Positions 38,041 to 47,661 of a stretch of 64,000 nucleotides of DNA are shown piece by piece. This stretch comes from Escherichia coli. GTDB taxonomy: Bacteria > Pseudomonadota > Gammaproteobacteria > Enterobacterales > Enterobacteriaceae. Within the stretch, counting starts at the first letter, position 1; each line of letters begins with the position of its first letter. Location of the stretch: the NCBI RefSeq assembly GCF_041886205.1, contig NZ_CP169029.1; one strand, 5' to 3'. The notes under the pieces were generated by a model. It did not search any database and was not told the origin of the DNA. It was given only the letters and a program-made list of their open reading frames with translations. Both the position numbers and the translations under genes were made by a program.

Positions 38041-38352
38041 TCATTTTGATGAAATCAGATCAACGGCCTGTTGATACACTTTTTCACCATTCATAGCCCC
38101 ATACAGTAACGGGCTGATGGCCTCTGATTTCTTGCCATTCATTTCTGCCAGCTTTTGTATTTCCGTCAGCTTAAATCGAATCTGAGGCGCAACCAGTACG
38201 ACGTCATAATTCGCGATGACATCTTTCAGAACATCAACGCCGTGAGCTTCAATAACTGATTCATGGCCGACGGAATTGGCGTAATCTTTCATTCGCTTCA
38301 TTAACATTGAGGTAGACATTCCCGCAGCGCACACTAAAAGTATCTTATTCAT
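38041..38352 (-). CDS. PTS lactose/cellobiose-family EIIB component
   Basis: 103 aa, N-terminal MNKILLVCAAGMSTSMLM with active-site Cys. Confidence 0.85.
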   Translation of the reverse strand: MNKILLVCAAGMSTSMLMKRMKDYANSVGHESVIEAHGVDVLKDVIANYDVVLVAPQIRFKLTEIQKLAEMNGKKSEAISPLLYGAMNGEKVYQQAVDLISSK

Positions 38353-38376
38353 AGCAATTACCCGTCATTGATAAAA

Positions 38377-39921
38377 TTATGTCACAGTAATATGTAAACC
38401 ACTCATCCGCCGGAAAGGGGCGGAAATGGAAGTGATCGTAGGACTGCGGCCGTTAAAGCTATAGTGAATATTTTCCATCCAGGTCTTTTCGATTTCAGAC
38501 TTAATTTTATCGAACACCATCGTTTCCTTTTCTTCAAATGAGGAATAGCTCTGGCCAATTGAAGGTAAATATTCAAACTGAACAGGGAAGCGGACTTCGG
38601 TCTGGTAAGCCCAGTCCGATACCAGCCTTTCTTTTAAGAAACGTTCGATAGCGTCAGCATTATCGCCCATGGTCGAAAAGACAAGGTTCGCTATCCCCGT
38701 ACCTAACGAATTACACGTTGTGTTCCAGCCTGCGTAGCCCTTAATGGTATCGAGTGCGCCGGCTTTATCCAGCGCCCGAATAAGTTCAGTTTCACCGCCG
38801 TTTGACATCGCCACATCGATGACTACCACTGACACCTGCAAAGCTCTGCTGGCAATTTCTTTTGCATAGGTCACCAGGTCACGATGGGTGTAGTAAGTGA
38901 TATTTTTATACTTTGGCTTCCGCACACCGGTATGCAGGTTATAGCCATAGCTAATATCAAAAGCCTCCTGCATTATCTCACCGCACCCATTGATCGCTAA
39001 AACAGGCAGCGAGGCATCATTATCGACCAACGTTATACCCGACGCGGCTGCATACGAACGCAGTGAGTGTATAAAAGGACGATCTTCATAATTCGGGATA
39101 TAGGTTTTAAACAGTTCGTTTGAATAGAGTGTGGTGGCTATAAAATCCTTTTTCCTCATCGACAAATAGGCTTTGGTCAACAATGTGCATCCAGACTCAT
39201 CGGTGCCAGGATGAACAAACACCCGGTCCTGTACCCCAAGCAGGGATATCTTTTCGTAAATGCGTTCCTGATCCTGCATCGTAAAACCAAATTCCGCGGT
39301 ATCGTCCAGCGGGATTATCAGCTGATCGATAATCTTTTCATCAACGAGTTCTATCGCATTCTCAATGAGCTGCAGATTTTTACTTCTGCGCGACAGCCAG
39401 TCGTCAAAGGAAGCAGAATTAATAGCGGAACGATGTGCAAGCAGATGCGCTTTTTCGTCTTCGCTCAGCCCGACACGCTTCTCTTTGTCAGACAGATAAC
39501 CAACCTGAAAAATTGAATGCCCGATATGTGCATAGTAATCCGGTTCTTCTTCACTGGAATTATATTTTGGCGTACGTAGCACCAGTGAAGATGCATAAAT
39601 CTTAAGTGCCGGATAACTTTCTTTCAGTGTTTTAATTTTATTTAACCTTGCTATAAGCTCAGTTAATTCCATCTGATGAATACGCGCGGGAAAAAGTCCA
39701 CCGTAGAGATACATATCCAGGCTGATAATTAACGCATCGGAATCGGCACAGTGGCTGTTTATAAAGTCATCTACAGCCTGATGTGAAGCTGGTTGTTTTT
39801 TGTATCCTAAAATCTCTTTCGCTGGCATTTTTAACGAAATATTGCTGTCCATCGAGGCCAGAGAAATCAGGAAGTCATAGTTATAAGGTCGGATATCCAG
39901 AGGTATGCTAATTATATTCAT
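38377..39921 (-). CDS. Uncharacterised 514-aa protein inside the PTS operon (possibly DUF4127-like; family assignment tentative)
   Basis: Long ORF between IIC and IIB with 15-25 nt gaps; no signal peptide or TM segments evident; no glycoside hydrolase family 1 or 4 motifs recognised. Confidence 0.6.
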   Translation of the reverse strand: MNIISIPLDIRPYNYDFLISLASMDSNISLKMPAKEILGYKKQPASHQAVDDFINSHCADSDALIISLDMYLYGGLFPARIHQMELTELIARLNKIKTLKESYPALKIYASSLVLRTPKYNSSEEEPDYYAHIGHSIFQVGYLSDKEKRVGLSEDEKAHLLAHRSAINSASFDDWLSRRSKNLQLIENAIELVDEKIIDQLIIPLDDTAEFGFTMQDQERIYEKISLLGVQDRVFVHPGTDESGCTLLTKAYLSMRKKDFIATTLYSNELFKTYIPNYEDRPFIHSLRSYAAASGITLVDNDASLPVLAINGCGEIMQEAFDISYGYNLHTGVRKPKYKNITYYTHRDLVTYAKEIASRALQVSVVVIDVAMSNGGETELIRALDKAGALDTIKGYAGWNTTCNSLGTGIANLVFSTMGDNADAIERFLKERLVSDWAYQTEVRFPVQFEYLPSIGQSYSSFEEKETMVFDKIKSEIEKTWMENIHYSFNGRSPTITSISAPFRRMSGLHITVT

Positions 39922-39936
39922 GTGCTCTTTCTCTGA

Positions 39937-41259
39937 TTATTTCTGTTTATTCATGGCGAAAACAAATGGCAGATAAATGATAACCGACAAGCTGATTAAA
40001 AATACGGATAGCACCGCAGCTCTCCAGTCTCCTCCCGTAGCCAGGAAGGCGCTAATCACTGGTGGCGTTGTCCATGGCACAAGAACATATGTATGGTTAA
40101 TCAAATCCATTGCCGTCGCGGCATAAGCAATCACGATGCTGATAATCGGAGTGAATAAAAATGGTACAATTAGCACCGGGTTGAACATAATTGGCAAACC
40201 AAAAATGATGGGTTCATTTATGTTGAACAACATCCCAGGAGTTGCCAGACGAGTAATCGCACGATGCTCTGATTTTTTCGCTGCAATCCATAAAGCAATC
40301 AGTAAGCCGATTGTCTGGCCTCCGCCGCCCATAAATCCAAAGGCATCGATGAACGGTTTTGTGACGATATGTGGGATTTCAAGGCCAGCCTTAAACGCGG
40401 CAGTATTTTCCTGAATCGCCACCAGCAGGGTTGTCTCAGTAATAGGGTACATGATACTGGCACCATGGATCCCTGCCCACCATAATCCGTTTTGCGTCAA
40501 AAGTAGTCCTATTACTCCGCTCAGACCCTGTAAAATATTTTGCAGCGGAGCCTGAATCATCAGAGTAACGATTTCATGTATGTTTTTGTTGAAGAGACTG
40601 CTTAACGACCATGCAAAGAGACTCAGCAAGGTTAACACCAGGATCATCGGTATTAATACGTTAAAGCTCCTTGATACGGAGGGGGGAACTGAATCAGATA
40701 AAGTAATTTTCAATTTAGATGAGGCCGAAACTTTGCGAAAAAGTTCAGTGGAAATAAGCGCCACAAATATGCCTACAAACATACCAGACGCGCCACTTTC
40801 ATTGCCGCTGATTAGCCCCGAAACCTGAAAAACCTCGCCCGTCGGCGCTGTAACGGGAATGGTGACCGGGAACAAAACAAATAAACATGCCAGTGAGAAG
40901 ATGGCATACGTTATCCCATCCTCGCCATAGCTGTTGGCTAATCGATATGAAATCATCACCGTTGCCAGAAAGGCGAGAATATTCAGCGTTCCGTTATAGA
41001 CGCGGATGCCAATTTCCTGTAGGTGGCGAACCCATGCGCCTTCCAGCCCCAGAAAACCGACTAAACCGGATTCGCCGTTGAGCAATACATTATTTATTAA
41101 TATAAATAGAGACGCAGCAATAATTAAAGGCATGAGCGCGACAAATGATTCCCTCACTGCCGAAAGATGTCGCTGTCCTGAAAAATCGCCCGCCCAATTA
41201 GAGATCTTGTCAATGAAAACAAGACCACTCCCACTTTTAATTTTATTGATGAAATTCAT
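39937..41259 (-). CDS. PTS lactose/cellobiose-family EIIC permease
   Basis: 440-aa polytopic membrane protein, ChbC/CelB-like. Confidence 0.85.
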   Translation of the reverse strand: MNFINKIKSGSGLVFIDKISNWAGDFSGQRHLSAVRESFVALMPLIIAASLFILINNVLLNGESGLVGFLGLEGAWVRHLQEIGIRVYNGTLNILAFLATVMISYRLANSYGEDGITYAIFSLACLFVLFPVTIPVTAPTGEVFQVSGLISGNESGASGMFVGIFVALISTELFRKVSASSKLKITLSDSVPPSVSRSFNVLIPMILVLTLLSLFAWSLSSLFNKNIHEIVTLMIQAPLQNILQGLSGVIGLLLTQNGLWWAGIHGASIMYPITETTLLVAIQENTAAFKAGLEIPHIVTKPFIDAFGFMGGGGQTIGLLIALWIAAKKSEHRAITRLATPGMLFNINEPIIFGLPIMFNPVLIVPFLFTPIISIVIAYAATAMDLINHTYVLVPWTTPPVISAFLATGGDWRAAVLSVFLISLSVIIYLPFVFAMNKQK

Positions 41260-41468
41260 ATAAGAAAATCTCGCGCCCTAGATATTAGTTTCAGCGTATT
41301 TTATTTATCCCCTTTCGTAATACTGTTAGCTTTGTCACAAAACTCCAAAAATTCCAACTAAAATGATACTAAATGGAGTTTTTTTGGTTTTGTAATCTAC
41401 CGTTCTGGAGTCTGGTATTAACAATAAAAGCGGCTTTCGCAGGAGGATAAATCATCAGCATTTGTCCA

Positions 41469-41554
41469 GACAAGCTGATACGACGGGAAGCTATAAAGGT
41501 ACAGAAAAGCATAAAAGAGCGCCGTTAGAAATCAGCTTTAAATTTGCCTTTCAG
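41469..41554. repeat. Direct repeat copy B flanking the PTS/porin module
   Basis: CTGATACGACGGGAAGCTATAAAGGTACAGAAAAGCATAAAAGAGCGCCGTTAGAAATCAGCTTTAAATTTGCCTTTCAG; roughly 80-85% identical to copy A by eye. Confidence 0.6.
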
Positions 41555-41759
41555 TTTATACAACAGAAATGATAGTGCCGGGAAACACGTCGTCGCCGGG
41601 AATGCTCCCAAGAGACTGGAGTATCGGAGGGGAAACCTGGAAGCGCTGTTCATAACAAAACGCCCCGACCGTCAAGGCCGCGGGTGGTGAAGATATCAAA
41701 ACGTCCATGCTGTTCCGCTTAAGTGAACGGCATTGCGCTGCAGTGGGTTTTTTATGCCT

Positions 41760-42584
41760 TCAAAGTAGTAGCGGTAGGGTCGCACTCGCCGTTTGCTGGC
41801 TCACATCGTTGTACTTTTCATCCAGTCCAAACAGCGACGTGGTGAGCAGTTCCACCAACAGCATGACACCAACCTTGGCGTTTAGCGCGCCAGCACTCAA
41901 CGGACCTTCTGGTTTGGCTGCGACCAGTTGAATATCACTCAGCGAAGCCAGCGGACTATGCGGTGTATTACTCAGCGCCAGTATGCGTACACCTTGCTTA
42001 CGCGCCAGTTTAACCACATGCAGCAGATCGCGTGTGGAGCCTGAACTGGATATTGCCACTACCAGCGTGTCTTTGCTTAGCGTTGTAGCGTTCATAGCAG
42101 CACGGTGCATGTCGCTGAACAATTGCGCGGGTTTGCCGAGGCGCAGGAGTTTGTAATGTAAATACTCTCCCAGAATAGCGCTGGCCGCTACGCCATAAAT
42201 TTGTACCGACTGAGCCTGATGCAGCGCCAGAGCGGCTGCTTCCAGTAATGTTCTGTCGAGTAATTTTGCCGTGTCCTGCAGCGCTTGCACGGATTCATTG
42301 ACGACATTGTCAATCTCATCACCGCTGCGCTCTACCAGCTCTCCTTGCCGGAGATCGAGTGCCAGCGCCATCTTAAATTCGTTATAGCCCTTACACCCCA
42401 GCGTACGGCACAGACGTGTGACGCTCGCCTCGCTGGTGTCGCTTTCACGCGCCAGTTCGGTAATCGTCAGGTAGACCACTCTTGCCGGATCGCTAAGCAC
42501 AAACTCTCCCAGCTTCTGTTGAGTTCGACTATATCCATCAACGCTCTGGCGCAATCTCAGCAGTAGGTTTTCATTTTCTGACAT
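41760..42584 (-). CDS. RpiR/MurR-family transcriptional regulator (second copy)
   Basis: 274 aa, HTH + SIS domain; divergent from the EIICB gene. Confidence 0.8.
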   Translation of the reverse strand: MSENENLLLRLRQSVDGYSRTQQKLGEFVLSDPARVVYLTITELARESDTSEASVTRLCRTLGCKGYNEFKMALALDLRQGELVERSGDEIDNVVNESVQALQDTAKLLDRTLLEAAALALHQAQSVQIYGVAASAILGEYLHYKLLRLGKPAQLFSDMHRAAMNATTLSKDTLVVAISSSGSTRDLLHVVKLARKQGVRILALSNTPHSPLASLSDIQLVAAKPEGPLSAGALNAKVGVMLLVELLTTSLFGLDEKYNDVSQQTASATLPLLL

Positions 42585-42749
42585 GCAAAATCCTTAATGC
42601 GTTTCTCTGCCGATAGTGTGGCGGAAAGTAGGGGAGAGATGCTAGTCATTTTAAAAAAGTATGATCGGTGCCCTGGTTTTTGATGGTAATTTTCATTTTT
42701 ATAATTAGTTGTGGTAAAAATTTTCATCAAAGAGCGGGGAGATGAAAAA

Positions 42750-44306
42750 ATGATGCAAATATTTAGCGGCGCTTCGTCAGGCGCATGGTTTGAAAAAGCG
42801 CAGCGGTTCGGCAAATCGTTCATGCTGCCGATTGCGGTATTGCCCGCAGCGGGGTTGTTGTTGGGGATTGGTGGGGCTCTGTCGAATCCCAATACGCTGA
42901 CGGCCTACCCATTCTTGAATGTCGACTGGCTGCAGGCAATTTTCACGATCATGACCAGCGCAGGTTCTATCGTGTTTGCCAACCTGTCGGTGCTTTTTGC
43001 GGTTGGTGTTGCCGTGGGACTGGCGAAAACGGATAAAGGCACGGCGGGCCTTGCGGCATTGCTGGCTTTTCTGGTGATGAATGCCACCATCAATGCTTTG
43101 TTAACGCTCAACGGAACGTTGGCGCACGAAAATCCAGGTGCTGTGGGCCAAGGGATGACGCTGGGCATTCAGACGCTGGAAACGGGCGTTTTTGGCGGGG
43201 TCGTGATTGGTCTGGTCACCTGCGCACTGCATAACCGTTTCAATAAAGTCTCACTCCCTCAGTTTCTTGGCTTTTTCAGTGGTTCGCGTTTTGTACCGAT
43301 TATCAGTTCGCTTGCCGCGATTGTAGTGGGGGTGATCATGACGGTGGTATGGCCGCATTTCCAGAAGCTCATTTTTGGACTGGGCGGTCTGGTGGATGCG
43401 ACGGGCTATCTGGGGACGCTACTGTATGGTTTCATTCTGCGTATGCTTGGCCCACTGGGTTTACACCATATCTTTTATTTGCCGTTCTGGACAACAGCGC
43501 TGGGAGGGAGCGAAATCGTCAACGGTCAACTGGTCGAAGGCACCCAGCGTATTTTCTTTGCCCAACTTGCCGATCCGAATACGCAGCAGTTTTATGCCGG
43601 TACCTCGCGCTTTATGTCCGGGCGCTTTATCACCATGATGTTTGGCCTGCTTGGCGCATGCCTCGCGATGTACCACACGGCAAAACCGGAGAAGAGAAAG
43701 CTTGTCGCCGGACTGCTGTTGTCGGCGGCCCTGACTTCTTTCCTGACGGGCATCACTGAGCCTATTGAGTTCTCCTTCCTGTTTGTGGCTCCGGTGTTAT
43801 ATGTCATTCACGCCTTCTTCGATGGTCTGGCGTTTATGATGGCGCATATTTTACATATCACTATTGGGCAAACCTTTTCGGGTGGACTGATCGATTTCCT
43901 CCTCTTCGGCGTGCTACAGGGGGAAGCGAAAACCAACTGGATGTACGTCCCCTTGGTTGGGGTTCCGTGGTTCTTTCTTTACTACTTCACCTTCCGTTAT
44001 TTGATTAACCGTTTTAACTGGCTGACGCCCGGGCGCGAGAACACAGCCCAGGTGGAGTCCGGTCTGCCTCAGAGCGAACGCGCAGCGGCAGTCATCGCCG
44101 GACTGGGAGGCAAAGAGAATCTGGAAGAGGTGGACTGTTGCGCCACACGCTTACGCGTGACGGTGAAAGAGAGCAGCAAGGTAGATGAAGCTGCGCTGAA
44201 AGCGACCGGAGCGCGTGGCGTAATTATTCGCGGCAACGGTGTTCAGGTGATTTATGGCCCGCATGTCACCATAATTAAAAATGAAGTCGAAGAGATCTTA
44301 TCATGA
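42750..44306 (+). CDS. PTS glucose/N-acetylglucosamine-family EIICB component
   Basis: 518 aa; N-terminal polytopic EIIC, C-terminal EIIB with CATRLR phospho-Cys motif; ATG 42750 with GGGGAG RBS (ORF track starts at GTG 42711). Confidence 0.8.
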   Translation: MMQIFSGASSGAWFEKAQRFGKSFMLPIAVLPAAGLLLGIGGALSNPNTLTAYPFLNVDWLQAIFTIMTSAGSIVFANLSVLFAVGVAVGLAKTDKGTAGLAALLAFLVMNATINALLTLNGTLAHENPGAVGQGMTLGIQTLETGVFGGVVIGLVTCALHNRFNKVSLPQFLGFFSGSRFVPIISSLAAIVVGVIMTVVWPHFQKLIFGLGGLVDATGYLGTLLYGFILRMLGPLGLHHIFYLPFWTTALGGSEIVNGQLVEGTQRIFFAQLADPNTQQFYAGTSRFMSGRFITMMFGLLGACLAMYHTAKPEKRKLVAGLLLSAALTSFLTGITEPIEFSFLFVAPVLYVIHAFFDGLAFMMAHILHITIGQTFSGGLIDFLLFGVLQGEAKTNWMYVPLVGVPWFFLYYFTFRYLINRFNWLTPGRENTAQVESGLPQSERAAAVIAGLGGKENLEEVDCCATRLRVTVKESSKVDEAALKATGARGVIIRGNGVQVIYGPHVTIIKNEVEEILS

Positions 44307-44995
44307 TGAAAACTGTACTGGATTCCCTGAAAGGTAAACTAATTGTCTCCTGCCAGGCGCTGGAAAATGAACCCCTGCACAGCCCGTTTATTATGTCGCG
44401 TATGGCGCTGGCGGCAGCGCAGGGCGGTGCGGCAGGTATCCGTGCTAACAGCGTGGTAGATATTCGCTCGATCAAAGAGAGCGTCTCCCTGCCGGTAATA
44501 GGGATTATCAAGCGTGATTATCCGGGCTGCGAGGTGTTTATTACGGCCACTTTGCAGGAAGTGGATGAGCTGATGACCGTTGAGCCGGAAATTATTGCTC
44601 TGGATGCGACAGCGCGCCCGCGCCCCGGTGGGCAAATGCTGGAAGAGCTGGTTATGCAAATCCGTGTCCGCTATCCGTCCGTACTGCTGATGGCGGATAT
44701 CGCCACCGTCGATGAGGCGGTAACAGCCGAGCGGCTGGGTTTTGACTGCGTGGGCACCACGCTCTATGGCTATACCGCGGACACTGCCGGGCATGTAATG
44801 GTGGATAACGACTGCGGTTTTTTACGTGAGGTGTTGGCGGCGGTCACAATACCGGTCGTGGCGGAAGGTAATATCGATACCCCGGAACGCGCCGCACGTT
44901 GCCTGGCATTAGGCGCGCATACCGTGGTGGTTGGAGGCGCTATCACGCGTCCGCAGCAGATAACGGCACGATTTGTCGCGGCGATCGCCTCGTAA
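44303..44995 (+). CDS. Putative N-acylmannosamine-6-phosphate 2-epimerase (NanE family)
   Basis: 230 aa, [14 protein letters not shown]... and ...GTTLYGYT... resemble NanE; start overlaps the EIICB stop. Confidence 0.65.
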   Translation: MMKTVLDSLKGKLIVSCQALENEPLHSPFIMSRMALAAAQGGAAGIRANSVVDIRSIKESVSLPVIGIIKRDYPGCEVFITATLQEVDELMTVEPEIIALDATARPRPGGQMLEELVMQIRVRYPSVLLMADIATVDEAVTAERLGFDCVGTTLYGYTADTAGHVMVDNDCGFLREVLAAVTIPVVAEGNIDTPERAARCLALGAHTVVVGGAITRPQQITARFVAAIAS

Positions 44996-45066
44996 AGCAT
45001 CGATGGGGCATGATACTTTGGCGGGGATCTGCGATAATTAACGTTTATCCCCATATTGAGAGCGCT

Positions 45067-45738
45067 ATGCAGTACCCGATTAACGAGATGTTCCAGACCC
45101 TGCAAGGTGAGGGTTACTTTACCGGCGTCCCCGCCATTTTTATTCGTTTACAGGGATGCCCGGTTGGCTGTGCCTGGTGCGACACCAAACACACCTGGGA
45201 AAAGCTTGAGGATCGGGAAGTCTCCCTTTTCAGCATTCTGGCGAAGACCAAAGAGAGTGATAAGTGGGGGGCGGCGAGCAGTGAAGACTTGCTGGCTGTC
45301 ATTGGTCGCCAGGGATACACCGCGCGGCATGTGGTGATTACGGGGGGGGAGCCTTGCATTCATGATTTGCTGCCACTGACTGACCTACTCGAAAAGAACG
45401 GTTTTAGCTGCCAGATCGAAACCAGTGGTACTCATGAAGTACGCTGCACACCGAATACCTGGGTTACCGTATCGCCAAAGCTGAACATGCGCGGCGGCTA
45501 TGAAGTGTTGTCACAGGCACTGGAGCGAGCCAACGAAATCAAGCATCCTGTGGGGCGCGTACGCGATATTGAAGCACTGGATGAACTACTGGCAACGCTG
45601 ACCGATGATAAACCGCGAGTCATTGCACTGCAGCCGATTAGCCAAAAGGATGATGCCACACGATTGTGCATTGAAACCTGTATTGCGCGTAATTGGCGTT
45701 TGTCGATGCAAACACATAAATATTTAAATATTGCCTAA
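45067..45738 (+). CDS. queE: 7-carboxy-7-deazaguanine synthase
   Basis: 223 aa from MQYPINEMFQTLQGEGYFTGVPAIFIRLQGCPVGCAWCDTKH (radical-SAM CxxxCxxC variant); ORF track start 44899 is an upstream extension. Confidence 0.9.
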   Translation: MQYPINEMFQTLQGEGYFTGVPAIFIRLQGCPVGCAWCDTKHTWEKLEDREVSLFSILAKTKESDKWGAASSEDLLAVIGRQGYTARHVVITGGEPCIHDLLPLTDLLEKNGFSCQIETSGTHEVRCTPNTWVTVSPKLNMRGGYEVLSQALERANEIKHPVGRVRDIEALDELLATLTDDKPRVIALQPISQKDDATRLCIETCIARNWRLSMQTHKYLNIA

Positions 45739-46077
45739 TTACACATTTATAAGCGTTATAAATGGGTGGAACTTGTAAAGAATTCCACTCATTTGTATTA
45801 TTTGTCGCCCCTGAAAACTCATCCATCTTGCCCATCCCGGACTAATCATTATCATTCTCTACAAATTCTGCGGCGTTAATTTTTCGCTGGAGTGAAAATT
45901 ATTGCGGCGAAGTTTGGTAGATTTTAGTTTGTATAGAGTTATTTTAAATATTTACCTTTTTAATCAAAAGATTAAGTGCTCTTTAACATAATGGATGTGT
46001 TGTTTGTGTGATACTGTAAAGTTGGTAGATTGTGACTGGCTTAAAAAATCATTAATTAATAATAGGTTATGTTTAGA
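45739..46077 (+). promoter_or_regulatory. AT-rich CRISPR leader region
   Basis: About 340 bp of AT-rich non-coding DNA directly upstream of the first repeat. Confidence 0.6.
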
Positions 46078-46350
46078 GAGTTCCCCGCGCCAGCGGGGAT
46101 AAACCGTTCGCTGGCAATCCACTCAGGAATTTCGGGAAGAGTTCCCCGCGCCAGCGGGGATAAACCGGGCAGTACCGACATGGACGGTCACCACGAGTTG
46201 AGTTCCCCGCGCCAGCGGGGATAAACCGTGTATAGCGCCAAAATTGACGAAAGACATGTTGAGTTCCCCGCGCCAGCGGGGATAAACCGGTTGTAGCTGA
46301 CAATGTAAATCATGGATTTACGAGTTCCCCGTGCCAGCGGGGATAACCAT
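46078..46350 (+). CRISPR. Type I-E CRISPR array: 5 repeats (last degenerate), 4 spacers of 32 nt
   Basis: 29-bp repeat GAGTTCCCCGCGCCAGCGGGGATAAACCG at 46078, 46139, 46200, 46261; degenerate GAGTTCCCCGTGCCAGCGGGGATAACCAT at 46322. Confidence 0.95.
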
Positions 46351-46360
46351 TCAGGTATGT

Positions 46361-46930
46361 TCAGGCCGGGCAGTTTCCCGCCCGGCCTTCCTCACTTACG
46401 CATTCGACCAGCTCTGGATCGAATCCGCATTCCCCATGCATCACTTCATACGATTTTTTCAGTATTACATCATTATGTTTGGTTAGGTCTTTGAAAATGC
46501 CTTTATTCATCGCGTCGTAGCGTTTGGCATTGCTCTCAATCGGTATAAAGATATCTTTCACGCGAACCATTTTGTCGACAGCCGTTGCGTAATCCGGGTA
46601 TAGTCCCAGACCTACCGCCGTATTAATCGCTGCCCCCAGACTTGCACAACCGTTAATGGCGTTACGTCGTGCCGGAAGGTTGAACATGTCGGCAAAAATC
46701 TGCATAAACAGATCGCTGTTCGAACCGCCGCCAGTAATGATCACATGCTTTGCAAAGTGATTCATTTCATTACGCATATTGTCGTAATTGTTCTTCAGCG
46801 TCAGAGCCACGCTTTCCAGTATCGAACGATATATCCATGCGTAACGCGCAAGCGCTGCCTGCAATACCGGCACCAATAATAATAATGTCGCAGTCATCTT
46901 CCGTGTCATACCCCAAATATCCAGACTCAA
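46361..46930 (-). pseudogene. ygcE: 3' remnant of an FGGY sugar kinase gene (ygcE-like), 5' part deleted
   Basis: C-terminal FGGY motifs (ARYAWIYRSILESVALTL..., IITGGGSNSDLFMQIFADMFNLPARR) in a 189-codon ORF; a full FGGY kinase is about 490 aa; N-terminal 30 residues look out of frame. Confidence 0.65.
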
Positions 46931-46980
46931 CTCCCTGACCGAGCCTTACTTAAGGGAAATTGACCGCCGACACACTCTTA

Positions 46981-47346
46981 TCATTCGCCGCGATAGATAC
47001 AACCTGCGGTGCAGGTTTCTTTTACCATCACCGCACTTAACAGCGGCACAACGGGTTTAACCTGATCCCAAATCCATTTTGCTAAAACTTCGCTGGTTGG
47101 GTTTTCCAGACCTGGAATATCATTGAGATAATGGTGATCGAGGCGCTCGTAGGTTGGCTTAAACGCCGCTTTCAGTTCAGCGAAATCGATAATCCAGCCC
47201 GTATGCGGATCGACTTCCCCGGTAATTTCCAGTCGCACCATAAAGGAATGCCCGTGCAGGCGACCACATTTATGCCCTTCCGGGACGTGTGGTAAGCGGT
47301 GAGCGGCTTCGAAGGTGAAATCTTTAAATAACGTGGTGGACATCAT
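46981..47346 (-). CDS. queD: 6-carboxy-5,6,7,8-tetrahydropterin synthase
   Basis: 121 aa from [34 protein letters not shown]; ORF track start 47430 is an upstream extension. Confidence 0.9.
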   Translation of the reverse strand: MMSTTLFKDFTFEAAHRLPHVPEGHKCGRLHGHSFMVRLEITGEVDPHTGWIIDFAELKAAFKPTYERLDHHYLNDIPGLENPTSEVLAKWIWDQVKPVVPLLSAVMVKETCTAGCIYRGE

Positions 47347-47661
47347 AATTTCTCTACAGGACGATAAAACCGCCGTAGAGTACCGGAAAGGCTGTTTTTT
47401 CGCATTATCTAAAACGACTTTGTTGCGCAAAATCGCTGATTTATCTTATTGATGGGCAATATTCATTTGTTTTTCATTAGGTTGGTTAATCTATTTTGTT
47501 GTTAAAGACTATTGCTAAAACAGGTTAGTCGATTTGGTTATTAGTTATCGCTATCCCGTCTTTAATCCACACCGTTCACCCCGTTAACCTTACCTTCTCT
47601 TCTGTTTTATGGGCGCTGACAGGGCGCAGAAACAGCTTTGCTTACTGGAACATAACGACGC

